Shown piece after piece: positions 57,673-64,000 of a stretch of 64,000 nt of DNA. The position numbers and the translations under genes were made by a program. The stretch covers positions 1-64,000 of the forward strand of contig JBKHIT010000022.1 of NCBI GenBank assembly GCA_046538485.1, in the 5' to 3' direction. A model generated the notes under the pieces. That model saw only the letters and a program-made list of their open reading frames with translations, was not told where the DNA came from and did no database searches. Source of the DNA: Candidatus Brocadiia bacterium (GTDB taxonomy: Bacteria; Planctomycetota; Brocadiia; SM23-32). Each line of letters opens with the position of its first letter. Position 1 is the stretch's first letter.

Positions 57673-60546
57673 TCAGCGCGGGTTCTCCTGTTCGGCTTCG
57701 GCCTGAGCGGCCGTCCTGAAGGTTGCGCGGGACATCCGGCGGAGCTGGAAGCAAGTCAGCACGATAACCATGGCACCCAGCACCCATCCCATGGCCGCAC
57801 CGACACTGAAATCAAGTTCCATCCAGGCCCTCTGGAAAATGTCCAAACCCAGGGTGCGCGTGGCCCCACTCGGCCCTCCACCGGTCAGGACCATGATGAA
57901 GCTCGCTCCACCCTTTAATCCCCCGATTACAGCCCCCAGAAGATTGATCAAAATCAGAAACTTAATCCGTGGCAGGGTGATGTAACTGATCCTCTGGATT
58001 ATGCCCGCTCCGTCAATCGTCGCGGCTTCCACAAGATCCTCAGGAACGGTCTTCAGGGCCGCCAGATAGATAATACAACCGGGTCCGGCCGACGCCCAGA
58101 CCATCGGAATCACAACGCATATCATGGCCATGCCCGGATCTTCGATCCAACCGAGCGGCTCCATGTTGAACTGACCGACAAAACTCCCAAGGTAGGATTT
58201 CAGACCGTTCCAGCCGCTGACCAGTTCCGGGTCCAGATTCTGCGCCTCGATCACCAGTTCGTTTGGACCCATGTACTCGCGAACCAGCGGCCAGATGGTT
58301 GCCGCCAGAAGAGCAAACGCGAAAGCTCCGACGGCCGCGCGCACCGGCCAGCTGAGCTCTTTAAGTTTGATCGCACAGGAAAAAACGAATCCGATCAGTG
58401 ATAGCCAGCACAACAACATTACGACTTTCACCAGCGTGGCACCGACCGGTCCCAGGTAGTTCACGGACATGACGATCTGGTTCAAGAAGCCGGACTCCGA
58501 AGGATCGTAAAACTGGCGCCATAGAAACACCATGATGATCCCACTGACGATCGTCGGCAGATAGAAGATGGTCCTGAAAAAGTACTTGAGAGCTTTCGTT
58601 GGCACCTCATCCAGCAGTATCGCCACCAGGATGGGCGGCCAAAAACCCAGCCCCACTACCAGAAGCGCATAGTAGAACGTCCGGCCCATGGAAGCCCAAA
58701 ACCGGGGATCGTACAGAATTTTTGCGAAATTGCCCAGCCCGGCAAACTCGCTCTCTATGGCCAGTTCATAATCAAACAAAGCCAGTGGAATTCCCAGAAT
58801 CAACGGCAAATAACGCACGAAAACAACCAGCGCAAGCCCCGGGAGCAACATCAAATAGGCATATCGTAATTTGCTGAATGATGGACGATCGCCCATCTGT
58901 TCCTCCTGACGGGTAAATGCGCGCCAGGCGAACGTTACAGTGGTGACGAAAAGAACAATGATAATCACCAGAGCAATCCCACCGACGGTATAACGGATCA
59001 TCCGTTCCCTTTTCGTCAGTTCACCGAGCATGTGCTCATTCACTCGGGCGGCCCCCTCGTCCAGTTTGTGTTTTATCCGGGACAACGCCTCATCCTTCGG
59101 CAGGTTCAGCAACGCCGCATTTTCAAGCGTCCAGTTTATGGGCTCGCTTACGTACCGATAGATCATCTGCGTATTCTTGCCATAAGGCTCCGGAACACCC
59201 GATTCGAAAGCCGTCTCGATGGTCTTGCTCCACGCTTCCGGAACCCGTCGGGCAACATCTTCGTATCCATAGCGTTTCAGGACTTCCGGCTCCAAAAATT
59301 CTCCGTAGCCGGCATCGACGAAAGAACGGGTTCGCAGTTCCTCGGCGTGGCGGCCGGTCAGGAACCAGATGTAACGCATCACGCCAAGTTGCTGTTGCGG
59401 AGATGACCCCGAAAATGTCCCCAGCATGCGGCAGTTCAGTTCGCTCGCCGCCCGACCTTCGGGAGGCGTTGGCACGGGAGCCACACCCACCATTGCAGGA
59501 TTAATATCCTGTGCGCGCTCGTAAGAAAGGTAAGTAAATTTCATGCCGATCTCGCCCCGGTTCCATTTGATCCGCATCTCTTTACCGCCGCCCATCGGAG
59601 CAAAAGCAACTCCCTCAAGCATCCGTCCGTCTTCCGTCTCGAATTCCTCATGCACCAGTCGGACGATGTAGTAGAGCGCTTCCGCAGCCTCCATCGTATT
59701 GAACGCCGCGCGCCACTCCCCCTCCTCATTCCGCTCGACGTAACGCACACCCTTTGATACCAGAAAACTGTACGCCGACCAGCTGACAACGGGGCCGGTT
59801 ATGAACATGATCCCGAAATGTCCTGATTGCGCTGCGCGGATCTGCCGGGAAAATTCCATCAGTTCTTTCCACGTGCGCGGCGGTCGTTCGGGATCCAGCC
59901 CTGCTCGGTTGAACACATCCTTGCGGTAGAGGAGAGCTCGCACAAGGTTATCAAACGGCATTGCCCAGACGTGTTTGCCTCCCGGCACACCCTTGCGGCC
60001 CCCCGTATCCGCCATGCGATAAACAACGGGCCACGCCGGTCCGACTACCCGTTCCTTTATCCTTTGCAGTGCATCCTCCACGACCTCGGGTTTCGGATCG
60101 GCCAGCCAGTTGCCAGCATCATCCGCCTGACGAGTTCGGGGATTATCACTGATGAGACGAGCAAGAAGAATCTCCAGGGGCGCCAGGAAACCGTGATTGA
60201 TGTAGGTCGAAGACTGACGGAAATTGACATATATTCCGTGTGGCGGAACCCCGGTCGCGATGGACATCAAGGGGCCCTGATCCATCGCCATTCCTTCGAT
60301 CTCGGGGAAGGTAAATGGTATCAGCTTGTACTGCGGAAATTTCTGGGCGAATTCCCGGACAATCTTACGATTGACCTGAGCCTCCACGCCCGTCTGAATC
60401 GGATTGGGCAGGGTCTGCATCCGGAGGAGGATATCTTCTTCCGATTGCGCTTCTTTCGTCCCGGCAGCGGCAGGAGTTAAAGAGATTATGAAGAGTATAG
60501 CAACCAGAACGAAGCAAAATTCTTTCAATCGCCCGCTATTCAACAT
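57673..60546 (-). CDS. Fused solute-binding protein + MalF-like permease
   Basis: Signal peptide, SBP family 1 motif LLYRKDVFNRAGLDPERPPRTWKEL, then TMs with GLGNF, FRTIFYLP and EAATIDGA. Confidence 0.9.
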   Translation of the reverse strand: MLNSGRLKEFCFVLVAILFIISLTPAAAGTKEAQSEEDILLRMQTLPNPIQTGVEAQVNRKIVREFAQKFPQYKLIPFTFPEIEGMAMDQGPLMSIATGVPPHGIYVNFRQSSTYINHGFLAPLEILLARLISDNPRTRQADDAGNWLADPKPEVVEDALQRIKERVVGPAWPVVYRMADTGGRKGVPGGKHVWAMPFDNLVRALLYRKDVFNRAGLDPERPPRTWKELMEFSRQIRAAQSGHFGIMFITGPVVSWSAYSFLVSKGVRYVERNEEGEWRAAFNTMEAAEALYYIVRLVHEEFETEDGRMLEGVAFAPMGGGKEMRIKWNRGEIGMKFTYLSYERAQDINPAMVGVAPVPTPPEGRAASELNCRMLGTFSGSSPQQQLGVMRYIWFLTGRHAEELRTRSFVDAGYGEFLEPEVLKRYGYEDVARRVPEAWSKTIETAFESGVPEPYGKNTQMIYRYVSEPINWTLENAALLNLPKDEALSRIKHKLDEGAARVNEHMLGELTKRERMIRYTVGGIALVIIIVLFVTTVTFAWRAFTRQEEQMGDRPSFSKLRYAYLMLLPGLALVVFVRYLPLILGIPLALFDYELAIESEFAGLGNFAKILYDPRFWASMGRTFYYALLVVGLGFWPPILVAILLDEVPTKALKYFFRTIFYLPTIVSGIIMVFLWRQFYDPSESGFLNQIVMSVNYLGPVGATLVKVVMLLCWLSLIGFVFSCAIKLKELSWPVRAAVGAFAFALLAATIWPLVREYMGPNELVIEAQNLDPELVSGWNGLKSYLGSFVGQFNMEPLGWIEDPGMAMICVVIPMVWASAGPGCIIYLAALKTVPEDLVEAATIDGAGIIQRISYITLPRIKFLILINLLGAVIGGLKGGASFIMVLTGGGPSGATRTLGLDIFQRAWMELDFSVGAAMGWVLGAMVIVLTCFQLRRMSRATFRTAAQAEAEQENPR

Positions 60547-60856
60547 GCTCTATTCCTTGATTACTCATTCAGTAGCCCTGATCATAAGGAACTGGCCAGA
60601 AATTTCAAGAGGCAGCCTTTTGTTACTGCAATCTTTCCCGTAAGATTTCCCCGTAAACCCGGAGGCGGATGCGAAGTCCGGGCGAGCGAAAAACGCTGCC
60701 ACTCTGCTGGATAAGACTCCCACGATTCTCCAGTCAACGCCCCACCCCGCCCCGCGAATGTATATCAATATTCCCGCGGCAACTTGACGTTACCAGAAAC
60801 CAGCTCTAAGCTTTGGGTCGGTTGCAAAAAACAAATCGTTTCCGGGAGAATTGATC

Positions 60857-62257
60857 GTGAGTGCACCAAGCCAGAGGCCAAACTTTGTTTTCATCTTCGC
60901 CGATGACTGGGGATGGGGCGATCTGGGATGCTACGGACATCCGCACATTCAAACCCCCAACCTCGACCGGCTGGCATCCGAGGGAACCCTGTTCTCGCAA
61001 TTCTACGTATGCAGCGGTGTATGTTCGCCCAGCCGAGCCGCCGTGATGACCGGCCGGTTCCCCGCGCGACACGGCATCCACGGACACCTGGCTTCCCATG
61101 AAGCGAATGATCGGCGGGGAATGCCACATTGTCTGGACCCCAACGCCCCCACTTACACCAGTCTCCTGCAGAAAGCCGGATACCGGGTGGGGCATTTTGG
61201 CAAATGGCATCTCGGACACGGTGAAGGCGTGCCGGAACCTTCCGAATACGGTATCGATAAGACCCGGGTCAACGCTGGAAACGGCCCGCAGCTCGAATAC
61301 AGACGTCAGGATTGGAAACCCGGGCTGCGTAGTAAGTCCAGCGAGTTCATCGTCAAGCATACAATGCGTTTCATCGAGGAAAATCAAAAAGAACCGTTCT
61401 TCGTCAACTTCTGGCTCAACGACACACACGCCATACTGGATCCGAGCGAAGAACAAACCGAACCCTATGATCACCTGAAACCGGATCTTGTTGGTGAAAA
61501 AGACCGCGGAGCTCTGGCCATTTACTACGGGACGGCCACCGGTGCCGACCGGCAGATCGGACGGCTCCTGGATCGGCTGGACAAACTCGACCTCGCGGAG
61601 AACACGGTCGTAATTTTTTCATCCGACAACGGCCCGGAGGACATCCTCATTCACAACGCCAGCCACAGTGGGGTTGGCAGTGCCGGACCGTTTCGGGGAC
61701 GAAAACGCAGTTTCTACGAGGGAGGAATCCGCACCCCGTTCATCCTGCGATGGCCCGCGGGCAACGGATCGCGCGGCGTGGTTGATAATACCACACCGCT
61801 CTGTGGTGTAGACCTGTTGCCGACCTTCTGCCGTCTTGCCGGTGTGGACCTGCCGGAAGGACTCAACCCTGACGGCGAGGATATGTCGGAAGTCTTCCAC
61901 GGTGCACAGCGCCGGCGCCGAACACCGCTTATGTGGGAATGGCGTTTCCGGATCTTCGGGCATCCGCTTCATCGGAGCCCGATGCTGGCTGTTCGGGAGG
62001 GGGATTACAAGTTGTTGCTGAATCCCGACCGAAGCCGCACAGAACTCTACAACATACCCGACGATCCGCGGGAGATGAACGATCTTTCAGCCGCCGAACC
62101 CGACGTGGCGGATGAACTTGCCGGCAAAGCCCTCGAGTGGCAGCGGTCGTTGCCCTCCGGTCCGGTGCTGCGGAGCGCCGGTTCCGACCACTACCCATGG
62201 CCCGGCGAGCACTATAAAAACGAGGGCGGAATGTACCGTCCCAATTGGTACGGCTAA
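60857..62257 (+). CDS. Sulfatase (N-acetylgalactosamine-6-sulfatase-like, S1)
   Basis: PNFVFIFADDWGWGD, CSPSR, GKWHLG, SSDNGP and EGGIRTP motifs. GTG start 8 nt after GGAG. Confidence 0.95.
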   Translation: MSAPSQRPNFVFIFADDWGWGDLGCYGHPHIQTPNLDRLASEGTLFSQFYVCSGVCSPSRAAVMTGRFPARHGIHGHLASHEANDRRGMPHCLDPNAPTYTSLLQKAGYRVGHFGKWHLGHGEGVPEPSEYGIDKTRVNAGNGPQLEYRRQDWKPGLRSKSSEFIVKHTMRFIEENQKEPFFVNFWLNDTHAILDPSEEQTEPYDHLKPDLVGEKDRGALAIYYGTATGADRQIGRLLDRLDKLDLAENTVVIFSSDNGPEDILIHNASHSGVGSAGPFRGRKRSFYEGGIRTPFILRWPAGNGSRGVVDNTTPLCGVDLLPTFCRLAGVDLPEGLNPDGEDMSEVFHGAQRRRRTPLMWEWRFRIFGHPLHRSPMLAVREGDYKLLLNPDRSRTELYNIPDDPREMNDLSAAEPDVADELAGKALEWQRSLPSGPVLRSAGSDHYPWPGEHYKNEGGMYRPNWYG

Positions 62258-62456
62258 TCACAGGGCGCATTCGGCGTCCGATGTTCGTCTGTGCTTGCAA
62301 AGTCGGCAGCCGATAGTCGTTCGTGGGGCGTGATTTCTGGTTACTGGTTTCTGATGCAAACAGCTCAACTTTCGGTGCTTCTTCGGTCAAACGGATGGGC
62401 CATTCCTGTCCCTTGCAGCTCTGTCGTCTGTTTGTCCATTGTTTAACCCGCGTAGT

Positions 62457-62942
62457 ACCGGGCTATCGGGGTTACCGGGCTATCGGGGTCGGACCAACAC
62501 AAGTCTTTCATAAGAAACTTTTTGCAACCGGGCTATCGGGGTCGGACCAACACAAGTCTTTCATAAGACACTTTTTGCAACAAAAAAGCTCCTGTATAGC
62601 GCTTAGAACGGGGTTTTTGACCCCAAAATCGTCCGGCTAAGAACTCCTCTGGTGCCGGGCGCCACCTGAACCAGCGCATCCCGCCCACCACGCACGAGGG
62701 CTTGACCGGTCGCGTTCAGCTGTCAAAACCAACTGAAACCAGGTTGTTGATTTTCGTTTCCGCCGTCCTCCACAACGCGGCGTTATCATTATTGTACTGA
62801 GGCCAACCTAATACTTCAATCCCTATTACCAAATCGCTTAGCAGCCCCATTTCACCCCCAAAATACCCCATCTAAGCCATATACAGGAGCTCTTTGTGTC
62901 ATAACTATTGTTTCGAAAGCAACTTCGGATGGTCCGACCCGG
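62457..62942. repeat. About 490-bp element bounded by imperfect ~105-bp inverted repeats, with a 53-bp tandem duplication at the left end
   Basis: 53-bp units 62474-62526 and 62527-62579 (1 mismatch) plus a 16-bp partial copy. Left GGGTCGGACCA...AGCTCCTGTATA..GCTTAGA...GCTAA mirrors the reverse complement of 62838-62942. Confidence 0.75.
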
Positions 62943-64000
62943 ATGCCCCGCCCGAACAGCTTTATCGACGCCGCCCGGGCCCACCGCGAAAGCGCGCACC
63001 TTTTCGGCAGGCCGGAAGGCGGTGCCGGCGGCCACGGCGGGACTGTCCTTGCCTTCAACGCATCCGGCGAGAACGCTCCCATGCACGGCCTTGTGGAGCT
63101 GAAGCCGACGGGACAGACCCAGAGGCAGGTGGAATTCGTGAAGCCGGGCGCTCCAGGCGGCGCCGGAATCTACGGTATCGCCGTCGATCCCGTGCCCGCC
63201 GAATCGATGGGCACCGTCGCCTGCAGCGGCGGGCCGTGGCCTCTTCTTGTGGACGCCCCTGATGTGGCGTCAACCCCCGGTCGCGTGTGCGGGCCGGATA
63301 TGAGCAGCGACGGCACTCCTTCATCTTCCTGGCTGGCAACGTCGGGATCGGCTGTGTTCGCTGTCGTGCGGGCCGCCGAGGAAATCGACGGTGCGCACCG
63401 GGCGCTGGTCCGCTTTCGCGATGCCGAGGGTATATACCAGGTCACGGAAGTTGCCGGTGATTCCTGCACCGTGGGCTGGCCGGACAGCGACGGAGACGTC
63501 GTGCCCGGAACCGAGATTGAGGGCGTGCTCTACGATGCCACCCGACCGCCCATCACCGGGGACCGGGGCATCCTGACGGTGACCGCCGACAGCCACCTCT
63601 TTTTTTTAGCCGTGGCCTCTCGCGCATCTACTGCCCACCGAACTGGAGGATGGTCTGTGATGAGGGTTCCGGCGAGGACGATCCCGTCCTGCGTCTCACC
63701 TACATGGCCGGCACGTGGGTACAGACGGCCCATAGCTGGATGGTATGGAAGCTGGATGAGCCCATCCGGGTCAGTCCGGGCATGCGCCTGCACGTGCAGG
63801 TGCCGCTCTACGGCTGCGTGACCCGTTACCAGTCGCCCAGCGGCGAGGGCGAGATGAGCGATGCCACCTTCGGATACGGCAGCACGCGCATCATCCTGGA
63901 GGATTTCGATCTCGACGCGCTGACCTACGACGAGCTGACCGGTCTTGATACCGAGAAGTCCAATCACCTGGTGGTCTTCCAGGTCAGCCCGAATCCCTAC
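62943..64000 (+). CDS. High-GC phage-like (tail-associated?) gene, 5'-truncated, continuing in the -1 frame after a T8 run
   Basis: Frame 0 ORF NSFIDAARAHR...SHLFFL. The -1 frame from 63608 is open for 131 codons to the window end with GC3-rich codons. The phage call is a resemblance only. Confidence 0.5.

Noticed and set aside
62457..62579. Mini CRISPR array
   Set aside because: Units are duplicated in full with no unique spacers; no cas genes in the window.
62650..62720. RAYT transposase remnant inside the inverted-repeat element (VVGGMRWF on minus strand)
   Set aside because: Too short to distinguish from chance.
1..64000. tRNA, rRNA, integrase or transposase genes; selenoprotein TGA readthrough
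   Set aside because: None recognised by eye; tRNAscan-SE, cmscan and a SECIS search would be needed to exclude them.

Overview
Chromosomal window from an anaerobic bacterium, probably Planctomycetota/PVC. This is inferred from several DUF1559-like prepilin/H-X9-DG genes and sulfatases; many proteins look acidic, which may indicate halophily. (1) 2-17.3 kb: a minus-strand Wood-Ljungdahl carbonyl-branch cluster (RACo, cooC, cooS, CooF-like polyferredoxin, acsB, acsC, acsV, acsD, acsE, DUF3786, Pta-N/DRTGG protein, atypical receiver). It is divergent from a DtxR-family regulator and metH. (2) 26-32 kb: an FmdE-family lipoprotein plus a Nik/Dpp-type ABC importer, behind a promoter carrying a NikR-like box. 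(3) 33-39 kb: a patchwork of prepilin genes and remnants, a GH-like gene with an apparent ATC start, and an AT-richer dGTPase preceded by a 44-aa ORF. (4) 39-54 kb: a second corrinoid/redox cluster (DUF1638, third RACo, ferredoxins, MetV, three fucose-isomerase-like paralogs) with many deletion scars. (5) 54.6-62.3 kb: an unusual sugar ABC system and a sulfatase. (6) Right end: an inverted-repeat element abutting a phage-like gene with a U_UUU_UUA -1 slippery site. Most striking signals: an apparent group II intron 5' end inserted exactly in the prepilin FTLIE^L motif at the left edge, and a shared GTTCA-N6-TGAAC operator linking the DtxR-like regulator, the WLP operon and the distant RACo cluster. 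All calls are by eye; no searches were run.
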